Source: an uncultured delta proteobacterium (lineage in GTDB: Bacteria; Desulfobacterota; Binatia; UBA9968). From it: 64,000 bases of DNA. The stretch covers positions 165,940-229,939 of the forward strand of contig CAWFJP010000015.1 of assembly GCA_963816145.1 (NCBI GenBank), read 5' to 3'. The translations under genes were made by a program, and so were the position numbers. This document shows, piece after piece, positions 11,402 through 20,032 of the stretch (the first letter of the stretch is position 1; each line of letters starts with the position of its first letter). Under the pieces are notes generated by a model that saw only the letters and a list, made by a program, of their open reading frames with translations, did not search any database and had not been told where the DNA came from.

Positions 11402-11812
11402 TCATCCGTTGATTGGTATGCCCAACTGACGGGCCTGGGATGCAGCGTCCCTGGCGCCCCAGCGGCGCTTGATCTTGCCGCTGTCAATCTCGAACCACTC
11501 CATCGCGACCAATTGATAAGATTTGCCGGTGGGCTGATTGCCAAACGCCGGCGCGCGGAAGGTTCCCGATTCGATATAGCGCGCCGCCACGACGTTGCCT
11601 TCCGCTACCAACCCTTCGATCTTGAGTTGCATGCCGTAGCCCTCAATCAGTTGCCGCCAGATGGGCTCGATCTTCTCGAAGACGCCCTTGCCAAAGACAC
11701 CTTGAATCTCGGCGTCCTCAGCAAGCAATGACTTCAGTTCGTTCAAATCGCCGCGATTAAATGCCTCGACATACTGGCGCACAACCTGTTTGGCTTCTTC
11801 CTCGATTGACAT
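11402..11812 (-). CDS. SnoaL-like ester cyclase
   Basis: VVRQYVEAFNRGD, LVAEGNVVAAR, PTGKSY. Confidence 0.85.
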   Translation of the reverse strand: MSIEEEAKQVVRQYVEAFNRGDLNELKSLLAEDAEIQGVFGKGVFEKIEPIWRQLIEGYGMQLKIEGLVAEGNVVAARYIESGTFRAPAFGNQPTGKSYQLVAMEWFEIDSGKIKRRWGARDAASQARQLGIPING

Positions 11813-11919
11813 GATCACTGCCGTTCCTGTTTGCCGTCTAACATTCGCGCTCGTCGGCGCGTCGTTTCGAACCACGTCGGCGGCAAGCAATGGTGAGCCG
11901 CCTTCGCAACCTTTTCATA

Positions 11920-12228
11920 TCACCGCTTCTCGGGCGGGATGTCTCGGATCGCGGCCGCGAACTGCGCATGGACGTTCCGATCAACCGGCCTGTGTCTGAT
12001 TCGCGAGCTGGCGGGATCTTTGCCAAGGTAGTTGTCGCCTTTCCAGTTCTTCGATGGTCGGATCGGTCGGGGCACGAAGCCGCCGCCCCAATTCGGGCAG
12101 ACGTTGTCCAAGATCGTATCGACACATGCCGCGCAGAACGTGCATTCATAGGTGCAGATGCGCGCCTCAAGCGAATTGGGCGGCAAAGGCTTGTTGCAAT
12201 TTTCGCAAGTCGGTCTTAGTTCAAGCAT
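11920..12228 (-). CDS. DUF1272 protein (copy 2)
   Basis: Close paralog of 9922..10230; one Cys reads Trp (CPNWGGG). Confidence 0.85.
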   Translation of the reverse strand: MLELRPTCENCNKPLPPNSLEARICTYECTFCAACVDTILDNVCPNWGGGFVPRPIRPSKNWKGDNYLGKDPASSRIRHRPVDRNVHAQFAAAIRDIPPEKR

Positions 12229-12359
12229 GATCTCTCCCCGGCCCTCGCCTCGACGAAGTGATGAGGCCGCTGCACGACAGGACTGATACAGATGGCTGAC
12301 ACATTATGTCTAGGCGGACAGCTATTGGTCGCCACCGGCGATTGGAGTCTCGGTTGTCA

Positions 12360-12472
12360 CTGAAACGGTAAAAATTGTTGATCGCACCCTGTAGCCGTTC
12401 CGGAAACAAATCCTTATCCCACTTTTCTCGGCAAATAACGAGGTACTCGGATGGGCTGAACTTTTCTGCCAT
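12360..12472 (-). pseudogene. YciI-family N-terminal fragment
   Basis: SEYLVICREKWDKD...AINNFY, then degenerates. Confidence 0.4.
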
Positions 12473-12634
12473 GGCTTTGTCCTCTGAGTTCAAGATGGCG
12501 TGCGGCACGTAGGAGAGCCTAACGTTGGACGGAATCAGGCGATGACGTTGGAACGCCGTTGGCCGTCAGATTGACGGAGGGTTTCCCCGCTTTCCAGGCA
12601 TGACGAAGCACCACACTTACCTGCGGTAATTTGC

Positions 12635-13036
12635 CTACGACGATGCACCATTGCTCCATGCCGCGCGCTGCAGCACGACGCGGTACCCGTCGTGGTCCTC
12701 GAAGGTTCGCCCCAGTTGATCCCAATACGGGTTGAACGATTTGACCTCGACAAAACCGGCATCGAGGGCCGATCGGCATGCGCTCTCCCACTCGGATGCG
12801 TCTGGCAGATAGAAGACGATGAGGTCCTCAGCCGTTGGTGCCGGCGTGACCGGATGGACGCGGCAAAAGGTAAACTCGAAGTGATAGCTCAGTCCAGGCC
12901 TTCCGAGCATGACGCCATCAAATCCTTCGTGGTCGGCGAATCGTCCGATTTCAATGAGACCGAGGCCTTTGCAGTACATCCGTACCGACTTTTCCAGTTC
13001 CCTAACCGGGCGAGCGATGCGGAGATGAGCTTGCAT
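12635..13036 (-). CDS. VOC family (YycE-like) protein
   Basis: HLRIARPV...FADHEGFDGVMLG...YHFEFT...NPYW...TFEDHDGYRVVL. Confidence 0.9.
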   Translation of the reverse strand: MQAHLRIARPVRELEKSVRMYCKGLGLIEIGRFADHEGFDGVMLGRPGLSYHFEFTFCRVHPVTPAPTAEDLIVFYLPDASEWESACRSALDAGFVEVKSFNPYWDQLGRTFEDHDGYRVVLQRAAWSNGASS

Positions 13037-13362
13037 GGATATGATTCTGATCGATTGAACGGTGCAACGTCGCAAACAAACGGCCCGTACGGTCCGACGA
13101 GTCCCTGAACGCGGCCCGGGTAGACGTTCATCACGATCATCACAGCGGCCTGCTGAGTCAAGGCCGACGCCTGAGCGCGCAACACAGAAACGCTCCTGAA
13201 GCGCGCTAGCGTAAAGACAGCTAGCAATCGACGAGCCAGAGCAGGAGGCGCTTGGCATCGGCAGTGAGCGGGTTGAGGGAATTCGGCGCTCGGTCGCGGA
13301 CAAGCAAGCAGCAACGCCCGCTTGGTCCGGATAGCGCCCTTTGCGCGTTTATGCCTGTGCCA

Positions 13363-13713
13363 TCATAGCGCCACTCCAGCAGCATGCCGATCAACGCGCT
13401 TTTGAAATCGCTCGCTGCTCGCACTGCATGCGGCGCATTGGCCGGCATGGTAGATGGTTTCGCCCTCCTGCAGCCGGTATTTTTCCCCTGCTATTTCTAT
13501 CTCTGCTTCCCCTTCCACACAGATCACCAGCGCATCGAATGGGGCGGTGTGCTCGCTAAGCCCTTCTCCCTTGCTGAACGCAAATAGCGTCACTGTGCCG
13601 CCAGGATTCTTCAGTAGAATCCGGCTCACAATCGAACCCTTTTGATATTGCGCGAGACTCTTAAGACTCTTTGCTTCGGCAGCCTGCCGGTTTCTCACAT
13701 CGCTTTTTTCCAT
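13363..13713 (-). CDS. Cupin domain protein, C-terminal frameshift
   Basis: GTVTLFAFSKGEGLSEHTAPFDA; MPANAPHAV in another frame. Confidence 0.8.
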   Translation of the reverse strand: MEKSDVRNRQAAEAKSLKSLAQYQKGSIVSRILLKNPGGTVTLFAFSKGEGLSEHTAPFDALVICVEGEAEIEIAGEKYRLQEGETIYHAGQCAACSASSERFQKRVDRHAAGVAL

Positions 13714-13848
13714 CGGAATTCCTCGCTTCAAACGCTAGTCACCTCTAAACCGTCCCTCCGAATCGATAGCGCCCGCGGTATCATCTAACCCGGCTGACGT
13801 CGATCGCAAGCAGCAAGCCCAGGTCGTAGAATTGTACGCGTCAGTTCG

Positions 13849-14295
13849 CTACCCCGTAATCTCGGCTTCGACGAGTTGCGCAAGCAGGGTGAGCGATTCC
13901 TGCCACCCGAGATAGCAAGCCTGGGGCGGAATCGAGTCGGGTACCCCTTCTTGCAGGACGTTCAACTCGGTCCCACAGAATACCTTTTCCAGAGACACCG
14001 TCGTCTGCATTACTCCAGGCAAGTTCGGGTCGTCGAACTTGTCCGTGTGGCGAATGCGCTCGTATGGCACCAGTTCAAGGTACTCACCACCAAACGAGTG
14101 GCTTTGGCCGGTCGTGAAGTTCGTGAACGACATCTTGTAGGTGCCGCCGACCCTGGCATCCAGATGGTGAACTTTTCCGGTAAACCCATTCGGCGGAAGC
14201 CACTTGACCATTGCGTCGGCATCGAGGAAGGCCCGATAGACTCTTTCGGGCGTCGCACGGAGCACGCGGTGAAGCCGGATGATGTTTGTGGGCAT
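13849..14295 (-). CDS. SRPBCC/AHSA1 family protein
   Basis: LHRVLRATPERVYRAF...CYLGWQESL. Confidence 0.9.
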   Translation of the reverse strand: MPTNIIRLHRVLRATPERVYRAFLDADAMVKWLPPNGFTGKVHHLDARVGGTYKMSFTNFTTGQSHSFGGEYLELVPYERIRHTDKFDDPNLPGVMQTTVSLEKVFCGTELNVLQEGVPDSIPPQACYLGWQESLTLLAQLVEAEITG

Positions 14296-14375
14296 GATGA
14301 TTTCGCCTTTCTATGTGTGTTGCTTGGTGAGTTGGTCTCGCACTTGCGCAGCGGTACCGATGGATAAGTTGTGAC

Positions 14376-14466
14376 GCCTAACGGCCGCGACTCAGACGCC
14401 GCCGACCACTGCACGCGAACAAAGGTGCACGCTTCTTTGCGGTCGCTCTGAAGCCACCTGTTAAGT
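14376..14466 (-). repeat. attC site
   Basis: GCCTAAC ... GTTAAGT overlapping GFA stop. Confidence 0.75.
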
Positions 14467-14850
14467 GTCAAGCTTGATCCTGCTGCCATAAATTCTCTTG
14501 ATCGGAATCGACTCAAGATCGATTCCTTCGAGACACCTGACGTTAACCGCCCAACCGTCGAACGGCTCTACTCCTTCCTTCAATTCCTGTGACGTTGGGT
14601 CGCTTGGGCGTCTAAACGGAAGAATGCCGCAGACCGAACAGAAGTAGTCCTTTGCAGTTCGCGAACCCCATCGATAAAGCACGAGATCGTTCCACGACGT
14701 AAGCAGGCGGAGATTCTCTTTTGGCACCCGATGATTCAGCGCTCCTCGCCTGCGGCAAACCGAACAGTCGCACACTCGTACATGGTCGATTTGTGCATCT
14801 ACCTCAAAACGGACTCTCCCGCAATGACAAGAGCCTCGGTATGTCTTCAT
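14461..14850 (-). CDS. GFA family protein
   Basis: YRGSCHCG, CDCSVC, FCSVCG, AVNVRCL. Confidence 0.9.
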   Translation of the reverse strand: MKTYRGSCHCGRVRFEVDAQIDHVRVCDCSVCRRRGALNHRVPKENLRLLTSWNDLVLYRWGSRTAKDYFCSVCGILPFRRPSDPTSQELKEGVEPFDGWAVNVRCLEGIDLESIPIKRIYGSRIKLDT

Positions 14851-14853
14851 GAT

Positions 14854-14920
14854 ACTTAACGTTTGAATTCACCGGCCTGCGCGGCTTTTTGCGCAGGTTC
14901 GGTGGAATGATGGGTTGGGC
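14854..14920 (-). repeat. attC site
   Basis: ACTTAAC...TTCACCGGCCTGCGC / GCGCAGGTTCGGTGGAA...GTTGGGC. Confidence 0.85.
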
Positions 14921-14950
14921 CGCACTTTCTGCGCCATTTCTATGCTGCCC

Positions 14951-15292
14951 TCAGGACTGCGGATCGAACCCGAAGACACGTAGCTCTTGATCACAGCGAC
15001 AGGCCTTCGCGATGCGCGCGGCCCACGCGACGGCTTCTTCACGCGAGGGGAGTTCAAGCACAGTGAAGCCGCCGTCAATCGGGGGCGCCCATGGGTAGCC
15101 GCCCTCGGCGACTGAGCCGTCGGCCGCTACAAGCACAGGCGGCACGCCTTCGTCGATGCCACCGCCGAAAACGTAGACGCCGGCGTCCTTCGCCTCCTCG
15201 ATCACAGCGTGCGCGTCGCGGCCCACCGCCTCCCACGCGTCTTCGGGCACGACCATCGCAGCGCTGGGAAAGGAGATCAGGTACTTGGCCAT
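14951..15292 (-). CDS. YciI family protein
   Basis: MAKYLISFP...AGVYVFGGG...EEAVAWA...ACRCDQELR. Confidence 0.85.
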   Translation of the reverse strand: MAKYLISFPSAAMVVPEDAWEAVGRDAHAVIEEAKDAGVYVFGGGIDEGVPPVLVAADGSVAEGGYPWAPPIDGGFTVLELPSREEAVAWAARIAKACRCDQELRVFGFDPQS

Positions 15293-15340
15293 GGTGCTAT
15301 TTCCTTTGGAGATTGATGTCGGTCGTGAAGCAAGTGTGCG

Positions 15341-15438
15341 GCCCAACGCGCCGGCTAAGCAGCGGCCCGCGCCGAACTGGCGAATCCGTTTCTGATCAGC
15401 CCCACACACGGGCCGACTGCTTCAGCCGGATGTTGGGC
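15341..15438 (-). repeat. attC site
   Basis: GCCCAAC...CCGGCTAAGCAG / CTGCTTCAGCCGG...GTTGGGC. Confidence 0.85.
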
Positions 15439-15453
15439 TGGGTAGCCTGGACC

Positions 15454-16326
15454 TCATGACGTCGCCTCGCGGTACCCAGCCGCGATGGCTGCGCGAAATT
15501 CCTCGCTCTCGTGGCTCTCGAGATTCATCGTAATCAACTGGCGGAGTGCCTTGGACGAGTGAGCGAGAAGGTATTCCCCGCTGGGTTGGCCCTGGAAATG
15601 AAGAATCCCCGCAAGCGCAAGTTGCCGCTGAGCCGTCCAGAGCCTCCCACTCAAATCGTCAACGTACAAAAAGACGGGTCCGCCACTGAATCCACCAGCA
15701 TCCGGCGAGTCTTCATGCTTGCCGGTGTCCAGCTGAAAGACCTCCACCCAGTTAATGGCGACGTCGTCGGGTCGGGCACCTTCCGGGCACGCCACGAAGT
15801 GCGACGACACGATGTTCGTGGTAACTATCATGTCAGTCGATCGGTCTTGGAGGCGCCGCGGAAGGCCGGCGACGATACAGAACCGCCCAGATACGACCCT
15901 CGGATTCGCTTCCCGGAGCCGGAGATTGACTGCCGCGATGCCGGGGACGTCTATGAAGACCTCTGGTCGCGGTACTATCACGGCAAGGTCGAGTTCGTTC
16001 GACCGCCAGTTCCGACCACGACGGGAATCGGACCGTACCGTACAGAGCGGCGAGTACGTTCTCTTCGGGGCCGGTTGTGGTCCGGAGGCAGACTGAGGTC
16101 CTGGGAATACAAGACAAGGCGAATCAAGAAGCGAGAGTTTGGTGGCGACATGCGCGGCCGTTGCGATCGCCCAGGTACCTTCGATAGCGACGATTACGCC
16201 AGCCCCGAAGAAGTCAGCGTCTCCTTCCGAGATGAATCCCACGAGGTGTCGGGAGCAGTGCGCGTAGAGGAGTGCTCTCTCCTCGTCCTTGAGAATTGCG
16301 TACTTCGCGTCGGCCTTGGTCATCAT
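15454..16326 (-). CDS. Putative trypsin-like serine protease-fold cassette protein
   Basis: IATAAHV, DLAVI, GGFSGGPVF (His/Asp/Ser motifs). Confidence 0.6.
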   Translation of the reverse strand: MMTKADAKYAILKDEERALLYAHCSRHLVGFISEGDADFFGAGVIVAIEGTWAIATAAHVATKLSLLDSPCLVFPGPQSASGPQPAPKRTYSPLCTVRSDSRRGRNWRSNELDLAVIVPRPEVFIDVPGIAAVNLRLREANPRVVSGRFCIVAGLPRRLQDRSTDMIVTTNIVSSHFVACPEGARPDDVAINWVEVFQLDTGKHEDSPDAGGFSGGPVFLYVDDLSGRLWTAQRQLALAGILHFQGQPSGEYLLAHSSKALRQLITMNLESHESEEFRAAIAAGYREATS

Positions 16327-16344
16327 GCCTCTCAAGTCCCCTCA

Positions 16345-16431
16345 GCCCAACGCCATGCGGCTAAGCCGTGGCGAATCAGCGAGCCTGTAAGGCGAGCGTT
16401 TTCGACATCAGTCTTAAGCCGCGGGTTAGGC
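16345..16431 (-). repeat. attC site (family shared with 23343 and 25597)
   Basis: GCCCAACGCCATGCGGCTAAG...CTTAAGCCGCGGGTTAGGC. Confidence 0.85.
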
Positions 16432-16440
16432 AGTCGTCGG

Positions 16441-16792
16441 GATTCCGGGGACAGAATACCAGTTTTTTACGATGCATATTCATACCGACGTCCCGCTTTG
16501 TAATCAGATCACGCCCCGTTAACCGCTCAATCGTTTCGATGAACTGCTCGCTACCGGCGGGCCGACAGGCACGAATTCCTCGTAGCAAGGTCGGCCTTGC
16601 GATCGCTATCAGTTTGGAAAATGGGAATAAATCGTACGCCGCGCTGAGTGACGTGATGCGGATACCGGGCGCTACCTCTCTGGAAATTCGCGCCATCCAC
16701 GAAACCCTAGTCCAGCCCAATGTCTTCAGTCGAAAAAATTAGCATTGTGTCCGCGAAATTCTCCCCGGAATTCTGCCCCAGCGCCGGAATTG
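16441..16792 (-). mobile_element. Internally deleted REP-associated tyrosine transposase (RAYT) with REP-like flanks
   Basis: MARISREVAPG + PHHVTQRG (+1 frame) joined to C-terminal RPAGSEQFIETIERLTGRDL; flanks GATTCCGGGGACAG and CTCCCCGGAATT. Confidence 0.65.
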
Positions 16793-16810
16793 CCTGCAAA
16801 ACCGCTCAGG

Positions 16811-17251
16811 CTAGTCTTTGCCCCATCCGCTGACGACCTCGGGCCGCACCCGGAACTGCACCCGTCGCTCTCCCGGGGCGCGATACGGGTATTCTTCCAC
16901 TCCGAGATACTTCTTGGCAAGGCGGTTGATCCCCGCGCCGGCGCCCTGCTCTTCACTAATGACCTGGACCACGCGGCCACGCAGGCCGAGGTTGCGGTAG
17001 GGGTTTTCAGGATCAAGGACACTGAGCGCGACGGGGCTCCCGAGGCGAAGGGCGTTGGCCTTGGTCCGTCCCTCCGCTGTGTTGAGAATGATATCCTCAC
17101 CGTCCAGATCCACCCACATCGCCGATACGTGAGGTGTCCCGTCTGGCAAAACGATGCCAACGTGAACGAGCACCGGCTTCTCGAGCATCTGGCGCTCCTT
17201 CGCGGTCAACTGCCGATGCCCCACCGTCATGTTTGGATGCTGCAGAGCCAT
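16811..17251 (-). CDS. PPOX-class F420-dependent oxidoreductase-like protein (copy 1)
   Basis: DGTPHVSAMWVD...NTAEGRTK...VLDPENPYR...LAKKYLG. Confidence 0.85.
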   Translation of the reverse strand: MALQHPNMTVGHRQLTAKERQMLEKPVLVHVGIVLPDGTPHVSAMWVDLDGEDIILNTAEGRTKANALRLGSPVALSVLDPENPYRNLGLRGRVVQVISEEQGAGAGINRLAKKYLGVEEYPYRAPGERRVQFRVRPEVVSGWGKD

Positions 17252-17268
17252 CTCTCTCCTCCTGTCCT

Positions 17269-17366
17269 GTCTAACGGCTCAACGTTCAGCCGCAAGCCGC
17301 GCGCCCGACGTTTCATATTCGAATTCTCGTTGCACGCGGCTTGACGGCTGCAACGTTTTGTTAGGC
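17269..17366 (-). repeat. attC site
   Basis: GTCTAAC...CGTTCAGCCGCAAGCCGCG / CGCGGCTTGACGGCTGCAACG...GTTAGGC. Confidence 0.9.
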
Positions 17367-17379
17367 CAAACTCCCGTAA

Positions 17380-17904
17380 TCATTTGTCTCTTAGGGTTCG
17401 TGGAGCTTGAAAATGTTGCGCGCTACGTTTTGCCCAATACGCATGCTGCATTTCTACAAGCGGGATCAACGCCGCATCAGCGGCATTTATGGTTTTATGT
17501 ACTTCCAAAGTTCCGCCAAGCAATATCTGTCTATCTCGGAAGACTGTTACGGACTGCGCCACCTGAATAGTCGGCCCAGTTGGTCCTGACGCATCAACCC
17601 AAGGTTCGTGTTTTGAGTTCATGCCTAGATAGTTATCGTCATGCTCCCTTTTGTTTCGTAGGAATTGAGCATCTACCGACGCTAGAAAAACATCCATATC
17701 AGTCACTGCAACGTTAAGTGTCTTTAGTTTTGACGCCCACCTACAAGCCTTGTAGGCGACATTGATAAAAAACTGTTCCTCCATCCGCGATGTAGTGTGG
17801 GTAACATGTCCTTCTGCCTTGTATGATTCAAGAAGGCGATTTCCCTGATATATCACCGCTTGAAGCCAGTAAATCGCTTGTTCAAGATCCTGTAATTCTT
17901 CCAT
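17380..17904 (-). CDS. Hypothetical protein, first cassette of array A
   Basis: 174 aa ORF, visibly AT-richer than flanks, between attI and attC. Confidence 0.7.
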   Translation of the reverse strand: MEELQDLEQAIYWLQAVIYQGNRLLESYKAEGHVTHTTSRMEEQFFINVAYKACRWASKLKTLNVAVTDMDVFLASVDAQFLRNKREHDDNYLGMNSKHEPWVDASGPTGPTIQVAQSVTVFRDRQILLGGTLEVHKTINAADAALIPLVEMQHAYWAKRSAQHFQAPRTLRDK

Positions 17905-17913
17905 ATACAGATG

Positions 17914-17945
17914 GCCTAACCAAGATTATCGAGTTCCGTATAGAC
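17914..17945 (-). other. Putative attI-A crossover region
   Basis: Minus strand TATACGGAACTCGATAATCTTG-GTTAGGC; unpaired core site between the intI 3' end and the first cassette. Confidence 0.6.
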
Positions 17946-18081
17946 CCGCAGTTCGGCAGTTCTTCAGTATAGTATGGTTCGTGGTTTGTCAGTTGGCCTG
18001 CTTTTACAATAGGGACCACTGACTTGTAAAGCGTTCTCTGATGACCTAATCCGATAAATACCGAAGGCTTCTTCTGTATAT

Positions 18082-19164
18082 TCAGACGCCTTTGATTTCG
18101 GAGTTTAATACCGAGCCTAAACTGTCGGCAGGGCTCCGTACTCCCCGTCCACCCCGATTTAATACGTGGGTATAAACCATCGTCGTACTGACATCCCTGT
18201 GACCCAATAGCTCTTGGACCGTCCGGATATCGTAGCCGTCTTCAAGCAGGTGAGTGGCAAAAGAATGGCGAAAAGTGTGCGGGCTTGCCGGTTTGGGTAT
18301 CCCCGCTTTCTGTGCAGCCTCTTTCACCGCTCTCTGTAACACAGACTCATGAAGATGATGCCGGCGTTTCTCGCCAGTAACGCGATCGGTGAAGTGGTGG
18401 GGCGCTGGGAATACCCACTGCCAGCCCCACTCTTTGCCGGCGTTCGGATACTTGCGATCGAGAGCGTTCGGCAATGCAACGCGACCCAGTCCTTTCTCGA
18501 TATCTTCCTGATGTTGACCTCGAACCGCTTCGATATGTCTGAATAGAGATTCTTTGATCGCTCTCGGCAGCATCGTGTGACGATCTTTATCGCCTTTGCC
18601 GGCTCGCACGACGATCTCGTTGCGGGAGAAATCGATATCCTTGACCCGCAGATGACAGCATTCCATCAGTCGCAAACCACCACCGTACAGAAGTATCGCC
18701 ATCAAACGTGGCGCCCCGCTCATCCGATCGATCACTTTTTTCACTTCCTCCTTCGTGAGCACGACCGGCAATCTCAGGGGCCGCTTCGCACGGACGACGC
18801 CGTCGATCAGTCCGATCTTTTTGTCCAGCACTTCTTTGTAAAGAAATAGAAGCGCGTTGAAGGCTTGGTTCTGTGTCGATGCACTAACGTGGCCGTCGCT
18901 CGCCAAGCTTGAAAGAAAGCTCGCGATCTCCGCCTCCGCCATTTCTTGTGGGTGCCGCTTGTCATGGAAAAAGATATAACGCTTGATCCAATGAACATAG
19001 GCTTTTTCGGTCTTATCGCTGTAGTGCCGCGTGCGGATCGCTTGCCTCACTTGGTCGATTAGTTTTGGTTTCTGACTCATTGGAAGCAGCTGAGAATTCA
19101 AGCCACCCTCGATTGCTGCCAGCGTGGGATTTATTGAACTCGGCGCATTGGTGGCGTTAATCAT
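18082..19164 (-). CDS. intI: Integron integrase A
   Basis: [33 protein letters not shown], integron-specific [23 protein letters not shown] insert, [17 protein letters not shown]. Confidence 0.97.
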   Translation of the reverse strand: MINATNAPSSINPTLAAIEGGLNSQLLPMSQKPKLIDQVRQAIRTRHYSDKTEKAYVHWIKRYIFFHDKRHPQEMAEAEIASFLSSLASDGHVSASTQNQAFNALLFLYKEVLDKKIGLIDGVVRAKRPLRLPVVLTKEEVKKVIDRMSGAPRLMAILLYGGGLRLMECCHLRVKDIDFSRNEIVVRAGKGDKDRHTMLPRAIKESLFRHIEAVRGQHQEDIEKGLGRVALPNALDRKYPNAGKEWGWQWVFPAPHHFTDRVTGEKRRHHLHESVLQRAVKEAAQKAGIPKPASPHTFRHSFATHLLEDGYDIRTVQELLGHRDVSTTMVYTHVLNRGGRGVRSPADSLGSVLNSEIKGV

Positions 19165-19178
19165 GACATCCTCCTACG

Positions 19179-19478
19179 TCATCCCGCGTAACGCAGCGAT
19201 TGCTTCCCCACCGGCTGCCTCGCTATATTCTCCTCCCGCTTCCCCTCATACCGCGCCTGCAAATCGAGCCAGTAGCGCTCCGACATGCCGAAGTAATGCG
19301 CCAGTCGGTGCGCGATGTCGGCGTCGATGGCGCGCTGGCCCTGGACGATCTCGTACACCCGCCGCGTCGGCACACCGATGTCGCGGGCGAGATGCCAAAC
19401 GCTGATTCCTTTCGGAGCTAAAAACTCCTCCAATAAAACTCTACCTGGGTGCGTCTTCGAAAAGCGATTAGTGGTCAT
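19179..19478 (-). CDS. higA: HigA family antitoxin (no adjacent toxin)
   Basis: HPGRVLLEEFLAP...LARDIGVP...RLAHYFGMSERYWLDLQARY. Confidence 0.85.
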   Translation of the reverse strand: MTTNRFSKTHPGRVLLEEFLAPKGISVWHLARDIGVPTRRVYEIVQGQRAIDADIAHRLAHYFGMSERYWLDLQARYEGKREENIARQPVGKQSLRYAG

Positions 19479-19503
19479 CGTTACTCCTTGTCTAGTTTAC
19501 TGA

Positions 19504-19548
19504 GGTTCAATACGTTCAAATCGTTCAAGCCGTTCAAAACGTTTCGGA
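19504..19548. repeat. 9-bp tandem repeat array (CGTTCAAnn), left arm
   Basis: ggttcaata cgttcaaat cgttcaagc cgttcaaaa cgtttcgga. Confidence 0.9.
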
Positions 19549-19554
19549 TCGGAT

Positions 19555-19971
19555 TTAAGGTGTCGAACCTTTGGATTTGTTCGACGCACTATACTTTGGT
19601 CCCTTCAGTGAGCTGCGTTTTAGGTAGTCGATCAGGTTACTGATCATGATGGATAAGCGACGAAATGATTGGCTGGCATCGTCACAATCTTTCTGCGCGA
19701 CATAAGCCTGATCAAAAGCTACGTAAAGTTGTGAGCGCACCTCGCCACACGACGCTTTGGCAACATAAAGAAATTGAATAAACTCTTGGTTTCCGCCGCG
19801 TTCGAATCCTTCGGCGATATTGGACATGACCGACATTGACGCCCGGCGAATTTGATCCCGCAACGCGAAGTCCTTAGCGAACCCGGTGTCTTTGGTCATC
19901 TGGTAAATTGCCTTTGTAAGCAGTCGCGCATCTTTCCAAATCTCGAGGTCTTCAAAGTTTTTCACTTCCAT
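19555..19971 (-). CDS. Four helix bundle protein A (TIGR02436 / 23S rRNA IVP-like)
   Basis: [10 protein letters not shown]...[21 protein letters not shown]...[19 protein letters not shown]. Confidence 0.92.
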   Translation of the reverse strand: MEVKNFEDLEIWKDARLLTKAIYQMTKDTGFAKDFALRDQIRRASMSVMSNIAEGFERGGNQEFIQFLYVAKASCGEVRSQLYVAFDQAYVAQKDCDDASQSFRRLSIMISNLIDYLKRSSLKGPKYSASNKSKGSTP

Positions 19972-19984
19972 TGTCTCCCCCTCC

Positions 19985-20025
19985 TTAACGATTTGAACGT
20001 TTTGAACGGCTTGAACGATTGGAAC
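19985..20025. repeat. 9-bp tandem repeat array (TTGAACG), right arm, inverted
   Basis: 19996-20020 is the exact reverse complement of 19519-19543. Confidence 0.9.
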
Positions 20026-20032
20026 TCATTTT

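Larger units (their letters stand above)
3453..17920 (-). mobile_element. Integron cassette array A (downstream of intI-A)
   Basis: About 14 attC-like RYYYAAC...GTTRRRY palindromes (several degenerate) separating short minus-strand ORFs. Confidence 0.9.

Noticed and set aside
10247-12564. Additional attC at ~10247, ~11836 and ~12517 (also ~13784, ~23950, ~27840)
   Set aside because: Only one core or weak pairing; most counted as degenerate sites but not listed as individual features
17966-17992. Pc promoter for array A (CTGACA...TATACT)
   Set aside because: Spacer is only 15 bp; too weak to call
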